A DNA stretch of 64,000 bases from an uncultured Candidatus Saccharibacteria bacterium (GCA_964357615.1 CAYHMC010000006.1:7144-71143); one strand, 5' to 3'. Shown: positions 17,590-28,768, counted from the first letter of the stretch. The notes: a model not told the origin generated them from the sequence alone. Translations and numbers: made by a program.

Positions 17590-17688
17590 TTTTATTCCTC
17601 ATTAAAAAACTAGCTTCATGATACATTCTGCACTTTAATTGTCAAAAAAAAGCCCCGCAAGATACGGGGCTAAAAATATATTTAAAAC

Positions 17689-20463
17689 TTATGCAGGATT
17701 AGGAAGGAATTGATTCCAATTAAACGGTTTTGGATTCTTAAACCAATCACGCAAAAAGTCAAAACGGAGCATTCGGAAAAGTACAGGACCCGAATCTGGT
17801 CCATCTACCGGTAAGCCGACAAACCCAACGCCGGTATTATTGGGTGGAAATCCACGATGACCATAAAGATCAGTATGGGTATGTGCCGCACACATAAAGT
17901 AAATAGAGTAAGGCGTTTCTACTCCGGCAAAAAAGTGTTTATCGCCATAGAGACGCAAAGCAACGCGACCCTTAAGATGTCCAAAGGGGTCACCACGTTG
18001 ACGATCATTATTTACAACAGCTCCGAGCGGATCAGCCCAGCTAGAAAGTCTAGCCGGTGAACTCGTGAAGTTTAATGCCCATTCATAACCACCAGGCATT
18101 TTGACTGTACCTTCAGCGAAATATGCATTACCTTCTAGTGGAGCTTTAACATGTCTCTCAACAAAGTCAGAGTGCTTTTGCCAAAACGGCAATTGCCCCA
18201 ACATAGCTTTTAGATAGTAGGCATAGAAAACACCTTCTGTTAATGTTCGGTCCACCGAGCTCTCAAAGTGATTGCCCGATCCAAAAGTGATAGCACCAAC
18301 GTCACGAGCATCAAACGGAACTCCAGTAATCTGGCTAAGTCCACGAAAGACTAGCTTGGATCTCATAGTGTGGTCAAGCAGAGCACCGTAATAATCAATG
18401 TTTGGACCAATCAGACGAGTAAAGACTTCAAGCATTTGTGGCTGAACCCAATCCAAACCACGAACCAAAATCTGTCCTAAATTAAAAGTTCCAAGGCTCA
18501 TCATAAGTTGCAAGGCCCCAGTAGTATCGCCCTTCTTAACAAGGCGCTCCATATCTTCTTGAGATTTTGACCAATGACGCTCAAGATCAACATACGACAT
18601 TTCTCTTGGATCTGGTTGCTTATGAGTTTCAAAGTGATTACCCTGTGTGGGATCATCGGGAACTGCAAAAATATGAATAGGCATATTTGAGCCTTTGAAC
18701 AAGCCTTCACGACGCATCATTTCCATAGACGCTTCGGCCATACCAAGATATCGTTTATTCTTTGAGTCCCAAATATGTTCACGAGCACGACTACCAAAGT
18801 GCAAATCAGTAGCTTCGTGTACCCAAATGTACTTAGTCTCAGGATATGGATAACAGCCATTAATTTTCTTTTTCCTAGTATTATCAAGCTTAGCGATAGG
18901 AAACGCATCAGCTGAAACATTTTCACTCACACAATTCAAAACCAAAACACCCGGTTTAAATTGTTCGCTCTTTAACACCTTAGAAATCGGATGCACAGAC
19001 TTAGTAGAATCCTTAAGTTGATGACGCAAGAAAACTTCATCCACACATATTGGTGCAACATACACTACGCTTGAATCTCGCTGCCCTGCCGTATAATCAT
19101 CACGACCAACAAATCGACGATTTAAGGCGTATGGATGACAAATTACAACTGTTCTAGGCATTTGATCACGAAAGACCTTGGCACCATATTCATTCGCATA
19201 TGAAGAAAGCACACCATCAGAAACTCTGACATTACCAGGAATATGAATTTCCGTAGTTTTACTCTTACCAATTTTCACATAAGCAGTTCCCTGACTGATA
19301 ACCTTACAGTTAGGAATCATCTCCTCTAATTTTCTTGCAAGAAGAGCGCGAATACGACGACGACGCCGTTCTAAATCTTCATCGCTTACATTTGTAATAA
19401 TGGTCATAGCGCGCTGTTGGCGAAGAGCCTCTAATTCGCTCTCGCATTTTGCAACAGCCTCATCATCTGCATCTTCTTCTGCTTCAGCAAGCTGACGCTT
19501 AGTAAAACCAATCCTAGCATTCAACTGTTGTTGTTTAAGAATGGTAATATAGCGAACCTCAGAATAGGCCGCGGAATTAATCAACTCTTCTTCGTTGTAA
19601 CCCAAGACATACAGAACCCTGCCAGAAAACTCTGGTAATCCATTTGGTCTGTGCGTTATCTTAAACCAAGCATCAAGGTAGCCCAGGAATTTTGATTCCA
19701 TAGGCATGTATATAACTTCATCGAGGGGTTTCTCTTTTTGAATTCGTCTAGCCTCACCGCGATAAGAAATTGGTAAGTGCTCAATTTTTACATGCAAGCC
19801 AGAAACTTGAGCTCTATAAACTTTAACTGGACCAGCTGCTTTCTTTTGATCAATTGAAAGTCCATTAGTTAGAATAACTGCTACGTCACCTCTTCTCTCA
19901 GCATCAGAAAGCGCACGACGAACAGGGTTGTCTTTAATAACACGATTATGTTTAAGACCAATATTAGCACCATTAATTACTGCGAGCGTCCAATCATCTG
20001 GAGCTTCAATCACATACGGATGACTGTAACTTGTCTTGGGAAATTCAAAGAGCTCTGCATCCTCAGAAAGCGTCTCCGTAGACAATCTTCCCATTCCAGC
20101 AATAAAATCTGCACTAGCCCTAGAGTCAGTTACACCAGTTAAAAATTTTACCTTCCTCTTGAATAAATCAAGCGGAATATAAGAGCAGTATCTCTCGCGA
20201 TAACTATCGAGAGGAATACCATGCTTAATTGCCTTTCTTAGTTCATCAAGAACATCTCTAGTCCAAACAAGCTTAGAAAGTGTGGACTTTAAACTCTTAA
20301 GTGTAAGAGTTGATCCCTTAGGTAAACTAGTCGAAAATTCTTTATTTACAATTTCACATATTCTTTCAGGATGACCCTTAAGGAGCATGCCATCTCTAAT
20401 AAGTCGTTGAACTCTACTAGTAAGACCAGGAACTTTCCAGATATCTTTATTCGTTTTTTCCAC
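17689..20463 (-). CDS. large hypothetical protein (924 aa) with possible C-terminal metallophosphoesterase-like motifs; GTG start
   Basis: Long ORF with GC content well above its surroundings. DLHFG, GNHFE (twice) and AAHTHTD motifs resemble calcineurin-like phosphoesterase motifs. An AAGGTG ribosome-binding site lies 8 nt upstream of GTG. Confidence 0.55.
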   Translation of the reverse strand: MEKTNKDIWKVPGLTSRVQRLIRDGMLLKGHPERICEIVNKEFSTSLPKGSTLTLKSLKSTLSKLVWTRDVLDELRKAIKHGIPLDSYRERYCSYIPLDLFKRKVKFLTGVTDSRASADFIAGMGRLSTETLSEDAELFEFPKTSYSHPYVIEAPDDWTLAVINGANIGLKHNRVIKDNPVRRALSDAERRGDVAVILTNGLSIDQKKAAGPVKVYRAQVSGLHVKIEHLPISYRGEARRIQKEKPLDEVIYMPMESKFLGYLDAWFKITHRPNGLPEFSGRVLYVLGYNEEELINSAAYSEVRYITILKQQQLNARIGFTKRQLAEAEEDADDEAVAKCESELEALRQQRAMTIITNVSDEDLERRRRRIRALLARKLEEMIPNCKVISQGTAYVKIGKSKTTEIHIPGNVRVSDGVLSSYANEYGAKVFRDQMPRTVVICHPYALNRRFVGRDDYTAGQRDSSVVYVAPICVDEVFLRHQLKDSTKSVHPISKVLKSEQFKPGVLVLNCVSENVSADAFPIAKLDNTRKKKINGCYPYPETKYIWVHEATDLHFGSRAREHIWDSKNKRYLGMAEASMEMMRREGLFKGSNMPIHIFAVPDDPTQGNHFETHKQPDPREMSYVDLERHWSKSQEDMERLVKKGDTTGALQLMMSLGTFNLGQILVRGLDWVQPQMLEVFTRLIGPNIDYYGALLDHTMRSKLVFRGLSQITGVPFDARDVGAITFGSGNHFESSVDRTLTEGVFYAYYLKAMLGQLPFWQKHSDFVERHVKAPLEGNAYFAEGTVKMPGGYEWALNFTSSPARLSSWADPLGAVVNNDRQRGDPFGHLKGRVALRLYGDKHFFAGVETPYSIYFMCAAHTHTDLYGHRGFPPNNTGVGFVGLPVDGPDSGPVLFRMLRFDFLRDWFKNPKPFNWNQFLPNPA

Positions 20464-20682
20464 TTCTTTTCACCTTTTTAAAATGACAAAATTCTGACTT
20501 TAGTATCACAGATGTTAAAAGCTCGCGCAAGTTCTTGCAATTAAAATAATATGTGGCGAAATAATCCCGTACGAAGCAAATCGCGATACCTATCCAAAGC
20601 TACAATTATTTTATTGGTATTTTGAGTACAGGGAATATTTTTATATATGCGACGCGTTTGCGGCTCCGTACGGGATAAAAAA

Positions 20683-20700
20683 AGCGTAAAATTTTACGCT
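20683..20700. terminator. perfect 18-bp palindrome AGCGTAAAATTTTACGCT overlapping IMPDH stop, flanked by T/A runs (bidirectional terminator)
   Basis: A perfect hairpin with TTTTTT on the plus side and AAAAAAA on the other side. It separates the IMPDH gene from the 924-aa gene. Confidence 0.55.
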
Positions 20701-22211
20701 CTATTTTTTGTGCCTTCGATAAGTCCAGCACGAGACTGTAATCTATCACCAAAACGACCATTCTCCCTTAAGTCATCGAGTGTTTTGTGTCCGCAATAAG
20801 TCATCGCAGATGAAAGAGTTTTAAAAAGTCCCTGAATTTTGGGAGTTACATTTCCAGTAAGTGGTACATATTCCCAATCACCTTCTGGTTCGCGCAAATC
20901 ATCCAATGTCCCTTCTACAATTCGTTTCTTCTGTGCCTCTAAAGATGCTGAGCCTTCATACTTTTTGACTAAAAATTCTTTACCATCATACTGGCGTGGA
21001 GCAACTTCAGCCGGAGATTCGTGCGTACCAGCAAGCATAGATCCAGTCATAACAAAATCGGCTCTGGCAATAAATGCTTTAGCAATATCTCCTGGGCTTT
21101 TCATTCCACCATCAGCCATAATTTTGCCACCATATTTTTTAGCCATAACAGAGCATTCTGCAATTGCAGTAATTTGTGGCTGTCCAATACCAGTCTGAAG
21201 AGAAGTAAGACACTGACTTCCTCTTCCTTGGTTAACTTTTACAATATGTGTCCCCCATTCAAAAAGTGCTTTAGCACCCTCTGCGGTTGATACATTACCG
21301 GCAACAATTAAAACTCCGGGAAATTCTTTTCTTAAAAACACAACAATTTCTCTGAGATTAATTGCGTAAGCCCTTGCGGTATCCACCAAAATAATCTTGG
21401 CACCAATCTTAACCTGTTCTTCGATTTCTTTTCTTGTGTCGGACGTTAAAGCTTTGCCAACGCGAACACTTCCAAAAATTGGAAACTGTCCAAAAGAATT
21501 TCTTGTTGCCATAGGATGCCTCATTTCATAGAAAGCACCATGGGCAGTGTATAATCCAACAACCACACCAGCCTCATTAACCACGGGAAGCTTTTCGATT
21601 TTTTCTCTTTTCATAATCTTTTTTGCAGACTGAATATCGTCCATAGTTTTACAAGTCTTAACGGGATGACTCATTAATGCCGATATCGGGATGTCATCAT
21701 TAGTTTCATATCTCCAATCTCGACTAGAAAGCATTCCCATTGGTTTGTTTTCGGAATTAACTACCACTAAGCTCCATATTCCATATCTACTCATTTTTTT
21801 CTTTGCTTCTCCAAGCTTTGTGTAAACATCGACAATAAGCGGATCTTCAATGTAAGCGCAATCTGCTCGTCTTATACTTTCGAGCATTTTAAGCCTGTCT
21901 TCCAAATCAAGCATTTGTGGCAAGAAATATCCTCCACCGGACCTAATCATTGAAAGTGCCATATCAAGACCAGTTACAGACATCATATTGGCGCTGAAAA
22001 TAGGATAATTTAGAGAAATATCACTTGTAAGAATTGTACGAAAACTTAATTCTGGACTTCCCCAAACCTCAGAACGGCTTCTTGACTCACTATATCCTTC
22101 TGGAATCCAAACATCGCTAAATGTTACCGATGTTTCTGTTGGTAAATTTTTACTTAAAAGAAATTCATTTATATCTCTTCTGTCTTCTTGTGTAAGTTCT
22201 ATGCCAAGCAT
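20694..22211 (-). CDS. guaB: IMP dehydrogenase family protein with CBS pair
   Basis: 505 aa. A TIM-barrel IMPDH/GMPR signature (GRGSQCLTSLQTGIGQPQITAI) and an internal CBS domain region. Confidence 0.75.
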   Translation of the reverse strand: MLGIELTQEDRRDINEFLLSKNLPTETSVTFSDVWIPEGYSESRSRSEVWGSPELSFRTILTSDISLNYPIFSANMMSVTGLDMALSMIRSGGGYFLPQMLDLEDRLKMLESIRRADCAYIEDPLIVDVYTKLGEAKKKMSRYGIWSLVVVNSENKPMGMLSSRDWRYETNDDIPISALMSHPVKTCKTMDDIQSAKKIMKREKIEKLPVVNEAGVVVGLYTAHGAFYEMRHPMATRNSFGQFPIFGSVRVGKALTSDTRKEIEEQVKIGAKIILVDTARAYAINLREIVVFLRKEFPGVLIVAGNVSTAEGAKALFEWGTHIVKVNQGRGSQCLTSLQTGIGQPQITAIAECSVMAKKYGGKIMADGGMKSPGDIAKAFIARADFVMTGSMLAGTHESPAEVAPRQYDGKEFLVKKYEGSASLEAQKKRIVEGTLDDLREPEGDWEYVPLTGNVTPKIQGLFKTLSSAMTYCGHKTLDDLRENGRFGDRLQSRAGLIEGTKNRA

Positions 22212-22426
22212 TCTCTCGAACTTTCTAAAATTTCAAAAATCTAAAAAAAGTATATCCTTTTCCAAATTCAAATGCAATGAAAGTGCTATTTATATAGCTA
22301 AAATTAATTACCTTACATAATTTTAACCTATGATTAAATATAAATTAGGGAGTAAAACAAGAATCAAAAAAACCGCTCCGCCAGTTGGCGAATACGGTTT
22401 TTTTAATAAGTTAAACTTCTAAAAGC

Positions 22427-22903
22427 TTACCTTGTTACTTCAATAGTGCTTGTTGCAGGTGCTTCAAACAAAGGTGCAGCAACCGTTATTCTTTTGGTTG
22501 TAGCATCTTGTTTAACTGTATAACCAGTATCATAATTTGAAGTACAATCAGTTACAGCAGCTCCTTTGGTAGGATCTACTGGAAGAGATGAAACATATGT
22601 AGGCATAAGTAAGGCACAGATATTTAAATCTGCTTTGCTTAATGTCTTAGCTGTTGCATCAATACCTGCTGGTACTGTTCCTTTGTTATCAGCTATATAT
22701 TGGCCGATAGCATTCAAAATAGAGTTAACATTACTGGTTCTTTGAGTGTTATTTGCCTGAGCAAACTGTCTTGAAGGGTTAATTGCAACCAATACGATTC
22801 CCGCAAGGATTGCGATAATTCCAATAACCACCAAAATTTCTATAAGTGTAAAACCACTTGTTTTTGACTTTGAAACGCTTAATTTATTTGTTATTTTATT
22901 CAT
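22427..22903 (-). CDS. type IV pilin-like protein (prepilin-type N-terminal cleavage/methylation domain)
   Basis: GFTLIEILVVIGIIAILAGIVLVAI class III signal peptide. The likely start is MNKITNK. A terminator hairpin lies at about 22365-22400. Confidence 0.7.
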   Translation of the reverse strand: MNKITNKLSVSKSKTSGFTLIEILVVIGIIAILAGIVLVAINPSRQFAQANNTQRTSNVNSILNAIGQYIADNKGTVPAGIDATAKTLSKADLNICALLMPTYVSSLPVDPTKGAAVTDCTSNYDTGYTVKQDATTKRITVAAPLFEAPATSTIEVTR

Positions 22904-23057
22904 TTTTAATAAATACTTAATTTTTAAACAATTTATTCGTTTCGACCTTTTACAACCTAACAAGGCTACATTATACTACAGAACCATAAATAATTCAAGT
23001 CATAAAAAATCACCCCGAAAAGGGGCGACTTTAAAGCTTGCGGACATTCTTTATAAA

Positions 23058-25373
23058 TTATGCCTCAGTTGGAGTTATGTTATTTGATTCCATCTCAGCT
23101 TTTACTGGCATTACTACTCCTGGTAACTCAATTTCACAAACACCAGAGACGCAAGCGAGTTCTTTAGAGCCCTGTGTTTCATCATCTTTCTCATAAGCAA
23201 CAATATGAGAGAAATCTACCTGTGGAAGTTTTGAGACAAGCTCCTTATATCTCTCTTCTGTAATTTCTTCGTAGGGTGCAAGTTGATAAACATGGTCTTC
23301 TCTTGGCAAAAACGAAAGTCCGCCAAGAATGTCCCAATTTTTATAAAGCCAGTTTGAAGTTTCAATCCACTCGTCATTTCCAACAGAAATTGTAACTGAC
23401 GGATTATGTTCTGTATAATTTTCTTTAACCTTTTTCCAATACTCAAGTTGTTCCATGGCAGTGAGGTCATCTTTAAAGATTGAACCACCTGGTGCCTTTA
23501 CTGGAAACTCTAATACAAAAGTAGAAGCAAAATCAGCGCTCTGTCCCACCTCTGGTTGATATGGAAATTTCTGTTCTTTTAACATCTGGAAAAGCGAGTC
23601 TGATGCGGCAATGCGAACTCTTCTAATATAAAACTTTGAATGTCTTGGGTGCATACCAGAAGATGCGTCTACTAACTGCGAAACGGTTCCGGATGGTTTA
23701 ACACAAGTTATTGATACAGAGCGATTGATGCCAAAACGCTTAGCATAATCTTTGTTGACCTCAATTGCATACTCCTTTAGTTTAGATAGTGTTTTTGACT
23801 CTCTTGAAGCTGGAGAATCCCACTGACCTGTAATTGAAACTCCTAAAAGTCTCTCTTCATCGCAATTTTCTTTCCACTCTTTGGAAAGATACGGAAAATT
23901 AGTAAGAGAAGACTGGTAAGTCCCTAAAATAGTAGCTAATTCCATTTTCCTTAAAAGCGTTTTTTCCGTATCTTCTGCTCGAGCCACTATTTCAGTCAAA
24001 TTACAGAAGCTTTTTGAAGGTAGGATAATCTCTCCGCAAGGATTACAACCCGTTGTCGGTAAGCGCTTTTTTAACTTTTTATACCGTCGTTCCGGCATTT
24101 GAGCTTTGAGACCACCCCTATTAAAGATTCCACGCTCACCCGAACCACTTTCTGCCAAAGCTAGCCATTCACGCAAAAATTCAGTGGTAGAAGGCTTAGA
24201 ATTATAGGTAGCAGAATTATTTGCCATAGCCCTTTGAGGCTCTGTAAGATAAAATTTGCCAGCTTTTGCATCTCTCATTTTATCGTCGTCTAAATCTGAT
24301 AGCGATATAAGCGCTGTTCGTCTTACTCCACCCATAACCACAACTTCTCCTATTTTGCAGATGACATCGTGAACATCTACCGTTCCTAGTCTTTTACCTT
24401 GTCGCTCAAGTATTTTAGAGCGAGCAAAATCCAAAAGTGACCTAAGTGGCTCTGGGCCAGAACTCCTGCCACCCATCGTCATTAAACGAGCGCCTGCTGG
24501 ACGTAATTTTGAATAATCAAATTTAACATCATGTCCCGCATACCAAGTTTTTAGTCCATGAGTTAATGCGTTACCCCAACCCTCTTTACTGTCTTCAACA
24601 ACAAAAGTTTGAAGCACTTTTCCAGTTTGTCTTTTAATTATTGGAAGAAGACCAACTGTCTGACTTTCAACAGAAAAACCAACTCCTGCTCCACACATAG
24701 AAAGATACATAATCTCTGCAAAATCTTCGAGCTTTGAAGGCGCAACAAAAGAACAATTGTAGGCAGTAACATTTGTTTTTTTGGCAGCGTGCCCTGCTGA
24801 CCACATAAGCCTCATCGATGGCATTACTTCTTGTTTTAAAATTGCTTCGCGAATATCCTCGTATTCTTTTTCGCTTAATTTATTTCCCAAATTCTCCTTC
24901 ATGAAATTCATATAACGACCAACTGTTTCAATCCAAGTTTCGCGACGGCCCTCTTCATCCATCCATCTAGAATATGACCTATAGTAAATAAACTCTGACA
25001 ATGGGTTTCTAAAATATTTTTTGCTATCTTCTGCAAGCTTTCTTACATGTTCTGGAACATCTTGAGTTTTTTCACGCACTTGAGAGCGTTCACTTCTGTA
25101 CAAAATATAAGATTTAGCGACTTTAGGAAAATCAGAGAGAATCAAAACCTCTTCAACCATATCCTGAATTTCTTCTATGTGTGGTATATGGTCATTTGGA
25201 AAGTTTTTTTCTAAAGACTTCATGACTTTGTCGGTAACAGTTCCTGGGTCTCTCGAAAGTTCTCCTTCGCCAGTCGCCTGCATCGCTCGGTAGACTGCGT
25301 TGTAAATTTTCTGACGATCAAATGAAACTGTTCGACCATCTCTCTTTCTCACTGAATCAAATTTTGTTTTCAT
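23058..25373 (-). CDS. nrdJ: ribonucleoside-diphosphate/triphosphate reductase, class II (adenosylcobalamin-dependent) with N-terminal ATP-cone
   Basis: 771 aa. ATP-cone (KRDGRTVSFDRQKIYNAVYRA) followed by a class II RNR catalytic barrel. Confidence 0.75.
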   Translation of the reverse strand: MKTKFDSVRKRDGRTVSFDRQKIYNAVYRAMQATGEGELSRDPGTVTDKVMKSLEKNFPNDHIPHIEEIQDMVEEVLILSDFPKVAKSYILYRSERSQVREKTQDVPEHVRKLAEDSKKYFRNPLSEFIYYRSYSRWMDEEGRRETWIETVGRYMNFMKENLGNKLSEKEYEDIREAILKQEVMPSMRLMWSAGHAAKKTNVTAYNCSFVAPSKLEDFAEIMYLSMCGAGVGFSVESQTVGLLPIIKRQTGKVLQTFVVEDSKEGWGNALTHGLKTWYAGHDVKFDYSKLRPAGARLMTMGGRSSGPEPLRSLLDFARSKILERQGKRLGTVDVHDVICKIGEVVVMGGVRRTALISLSDLDDDKMRDAKAGKFYLTEPQRAMANNSATYNSKPSTTEFLREWLALAESGSGERGIFNRGGLKAQMPERRYKKLKKRLPTTGCNPCGEIILPSKSFCNLTEIVARAEDTEKTLLRKMELATILGTYQSSLTNFPYLSKEWKENCDEERLLGVSITGQWDSPASRESKTLSKLKEYAIEVNKDYAKRFGINRSVSITCVKPSGTVSQLVDASSGMHPRHSKFYIRRVRIAASDSLFQMLKEQKFPYQPEVGQSADFASTFVLEFPVKAPGGSIFKDDLTAMEQLEYWKKVKENYTEHNPSVTISVGNDEWIETSNWLYKNWDILGGLSFLPREDHVYQLAPYEEITEERYKELVSKLPQVDFSHIVAYEKDDETQGSKELACVSGVCEIELPGVVMPVKAEMESNNITPTEA

Positions 25374-25583
25374 AATTTTTTTTGAAAATTATAACCCGCG
25401 TTCGGGTTTTTAATTGGTTAATAATTTTTAACAATGACATTCATGTGTATATATTAGCACAAATAAACACCCCGCAAGGGGTGTTTATCCACAAAAAATA
25501 TTAACTTTTTATGACAATTAAACGGAATAGATAATGCTTAGAGAATATGTATATTTTGAAGTAAATCTTAAACTTTAAATATA

Positions 25584-26780
25584 CTATTTTCTCTTTTTTC
25601 TTCTTATAAAGGCTGGCACTTCCCAAACATCTCCTTCTTCTGTAGCTGGTTCTTCAAAAGTTTCTGTTTTTCCTAATTTAAAATCTAATTTTTCTACTGT
25701 ATCGCGCTCAATTTCAGCTCTCTTTAAATTATCTGTTCTAAAATCGGCTTGAAGCATCGACGCGACAGTTGATGGTTGTTTTTCTTTTTCATAAATACCA
25801 CTAAAAAGAGAATTGACTGGCTTTGTTCCGTTAAAACCAGTTGCGATAAGTGTTACTTTTATGTTTCCGGCACGAAGTCTTTTGTCGTGATATGCACCAA
25901 AAATTATTCGAGCCCCTGGGTCTACTGCTTCAGCCACCTGCCTAGCAATATCATTAATTTCAGTCATTCTAAGATCGCGTCCACCTGCAATTCCAAGCAA
26001 CACGCCTTTTGCGCCATCAATTGTAACTTCGAGTAACGGTGAATTAACTGCCTGTGTAACAGCGTTCTGCGCTCTATCTTTGCCAGAGGCGAGCCCAACG
26101 CCCACAATGGCTGCGCCAGCTTCTTCCATAATTACTCTTACATCGGCGAAATCTAAATTTATAATTCCAGGACTTGTAATAAGCTCAACGATTCCCGAAA
26201 CCGCATTTTTTAAAATCATATCGATTGCTTCAAATGCTTTTATGATTGAAGTATCTTGATTGATAATAGAAAATATTCTGTCATTTGGAATTACAATAAG
26301 TGCATCAACTTTATCTTTCAATTTTAAAATTCCTTCTTGTGCAATTCGACTTCTCTGTGAACCTTCGAAAGCAAATGGCTTTGTAACAACTGCGATTGTT
26401 AGCGCACCCGCTTGCTTGGCAACTTCGGCAATTATTGGTGCACCACCAGTTCCGGTTCCACCGCCCATACCTGCTGTAATAAAAACAAGGTCGCTTCCCG
26501 AAAGTGCCTCTGCGATTTCAGATCTATTCTCTTCTGCTGCTTGTCTTCCTAATTCTGGATTCATTCCAGTTCCAAGTCCCTTGGTTAGATTTCTACCAAT
26601 ATAAATTTTCTTTTTTACATGACAATAGTCCAAATCTTGAACATCTGTGTTTACTGCCAAAAATTCAACACCCCTAACAAAATCGTGACTCATTCTACTT
26701 ACTGCATTACCTCCTCCACCACCAACACCAACCACCTTAACAACGGCATTCCCTCCTTTTTGTAAAATTTTTTTTGCCAT
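25584..26780 (-). CDS. ftsZ: cell division GTPase FtsZ
   Basis: Tubulin signature GGGTGTGGAP and overall FtsZ architecture. Confidence 0.9.
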   Translation of the reverse strand: MAKKILQKGGNAVVKVVGVGGGGGNAVSRMSHDFVRGVEFLAVNTDVQDLDYCHVKKKIYIGRNLTKGLGTGMNPELGRQAAEENRSEIAEALSGSDLVFITAGMGGGTGTGGAPIIAEVAKQAGALTIAVVTKPFAFEGSQRSRIAQEGILKLKDKVDALIVIPNDRIFSIINQDTSIIKAFEAIDMILKNAVSGIVELITSPGIINLDFADVRVIMEEAGAAIVGVGLASGKDRAQNAVTQAVNSPLLEVTIDGAKGVLLGIAGGRDLRMTEINDIARQVAEAVDPGARIIFGAYHDKRLRAGNIKVTLIATGFNGTKPVNSLFSGIYEKEKQPSTVASMLQADFRTDNLKRAEIERDTVEKLDFKLGKTETFEEPATEEGDVWEVPAFIRRKKRK

Positions 26781-26982
26781 CTCTTAAATATTTTTTAATT
26801 AAAAACTAAATTGACTAATTGAATAGTCAATTTTTCAATAATAATTGCTCCTCCCTTCAAAACCAGAAAAATTAGTAAATATGAGGTACAGCTTTAATCG
26901 CTTAAATCCTACTACAAAAGGTTAGTATATTGCAACTCACAAAAATGCCACAATAAATGGCATTATTTCTAACGAAATTAAA

Positions 26983-28218
26983 CTATGGGAGCAAATTTTT
27001 CAAAAAAGACTTTACAAAACTTATCCATGAATCCCCCATGGCCATAGGCGAAAATGTACCAATATCTTGCAATGGAGCACCGAAAAGCATAAGACCAGCC
27101 GCACACACAAACTCTGGACTCTCAAGCTCTGCCTCATACGAAGCATCAGCAATTTCAAACCCTTGAAGCGGTATACCGATTTGTGTCGAGATGCGAAGTT
27201 CTTGTCGAGCTAAGTCTGCGATTCCAGGAAGCTTTGCTCCGCCACCAACCAAAACTAATCCTGCTGGCAATTCTCCGTTTTTTCCAAGCTCTTTAAGTCT
27301 GGTGTTCACGAATTCAAATATTTCAGCGAGACGCGATTGAACAATTTCTGCTAAAAACTTTTTGGAAATTGGATTTTTAAGAACGCTGGCCATAATTGCC
27401 TGAGGTTCTACCATTTCCTTTTGGGCGACATGACGAGAAAGTGCATAGCCAAAATTTAATTTCAATCCTTCAGCATCATCAACCGGGATTTTGAAACCAA
27501 CTGCCAAATCACTTGATATGTGTGCAGCGCCAACCGGAAGTACAGATACATGCATAAGTCTACTTTCTTCATAAACAGCAAGCGAAGAAGTTTGTGCTCC
27601 GATATCAAGAAGTGCCACTCCTAATTCTTTTTGTTTTTTTGTTAACGCCGAACGACCACCAGCTATTGAATTTAAAATAAATCCACCAACTCTTCCACCT
27701 CCAACTTCTATAACACGACTTAAATTTTTAAGATAAGTAGCAAATACATCAATAACAATACTTTCCACTTCTAATCTTGACCCAACAAGCCCAATTGGAT
27801 CTTGAATATCTTTAATTCCGTCTACAATATATTCTCGCGTGATTGTATGAATTATTCTTCTGTTTGGTGAAATATTTACAGCTTGAGATGCTTTAAGTAC
27901 TCTATCTAAGTCATCTTGATAAATTTCATTATCAGCTCGAGACACAGCAATTATTCCTTTTGAAATAGTGGATGTAACCTGTGGACCGTTCACTCCTACA
28001 TAAATATTCTTACTTGCTTGACGATGGTCTTTTCGCAGTATGTGCAAAATTTCACCAACAGCACCAGCCGCATCATCTAAATCATTAATGGTTCCTCTCC
28101 TCATTCCATTTGAGGGTGCTTTTAATATTCGCAAAAGTCTGATGGTTCCATTTTTTTGGAGTTCACCCACAAGTGCTTTTATATTTTGAGATCCGATGTC
28201 TATGGCGGCAATCTGCAT
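26983..28218 (-). CDS. ftsA: cell division protein FtsA
   Basis: 411 aa actin-like ATPase starting MQIAAIDIGSQNIKALVGE. It lies immediately upstream of ftsZ. Confidence 0.85.
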   Translation of the reverse strand: MQIAAIDIGSQNIKALVGELQKNGTIRLLRILKAPSNGMRRGTINDLDDAAGAVGEILHILRKDHRQASKNIYVGVNGPQVTSTISKGIIAVSRADNEIYQDDLDRVLKASQAVNISPNRRIIHTITREYIVDGIKDIQDPIGLVGSRLEVESIVIDVFATYLKNLSRVIEVGGGRVGGFILNSIAGGRSALTKKQKELGVALLDIGAQTSSLAVYEESRLMHVSVLPVGAAHISSDLAVGFKIPVDDAEGLKLNFGYALSRHVAQKEMVEPQAIMASVLKNPISKKFLAEIVQSRLAEIFEFVNTRLKELGKNGELPAGLVLVGGGAKLPGIADLARQELRISTQIGIPLQGFEIADASYEAELESPEFVCAAGLMLFGAPLQDIGTFSPMAMGDSWISFVKSFLKNLLP

Positions 28219-28289
28219 TTATATAATTTGAACAGAAATCAACAACTAAGAATTATCCTGTGTGCTTTTGCTTAATCTTAGTTTAGTTT

Positions 28290-28712
28290 TTAGTCCAATT
28301 TCATTAATTCTCTTAGAAGCTTTTGCTCTTTACTTTGCATAGTTATAGTATCACTTTTTTTATTATGATTAAACCCCAAAAGATGTAGATATCCGTGGAT
28401 AAGTAGAAAATTTATGTCTTCCTTTTTTGTTTTTATGTAATCAGGTGCAATATACATTTCTCCTAAATCTTTATAAGTTTTTGATGGTAAAACAAAACCT
28501 TTTGGTGGCACAAAGCTTAAAACATTAGTTGCCCTGTCTTTTCCTCTATGTTTACGATTTAACTTACGCATATTTAAATTATCCACCAGATATAGCGCAA
28601 CGAAATAATCATCCTTTTTAGTAAGCTTTATAAGCTTTTTTAGGTTATTCTCCAGATGGCGTTCTAATTCACCATATTTTTTACCAATACTTGCTACAGA
28701 AACTTTATTCAT
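28290..28712 (-). CDS. ybeY: rRNA maturation endoribonuclease YbeY
   Basis: HGYLHLLGFNH metal-binding motif. Confidence 0.8.
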   Translation of the reverse strand: MNKVSVASIGKKYGELERHLENNLKKLIKLTKKDDYFVALYLVDNLNMRKLNRKHRGKDRATNVLSFVPPKGFVLPSKTYKDLGEMYIAPDYIKTKKEDINFLLIHGYLHLLGFNHNKKSDTITMQSKEQKLLRELMKLD

Positions 28713-28768
28713 TTAGATACATTATCATAAAAAAGGCCGGAGACAAATGTTCCGGCAAAGCATGAAGC

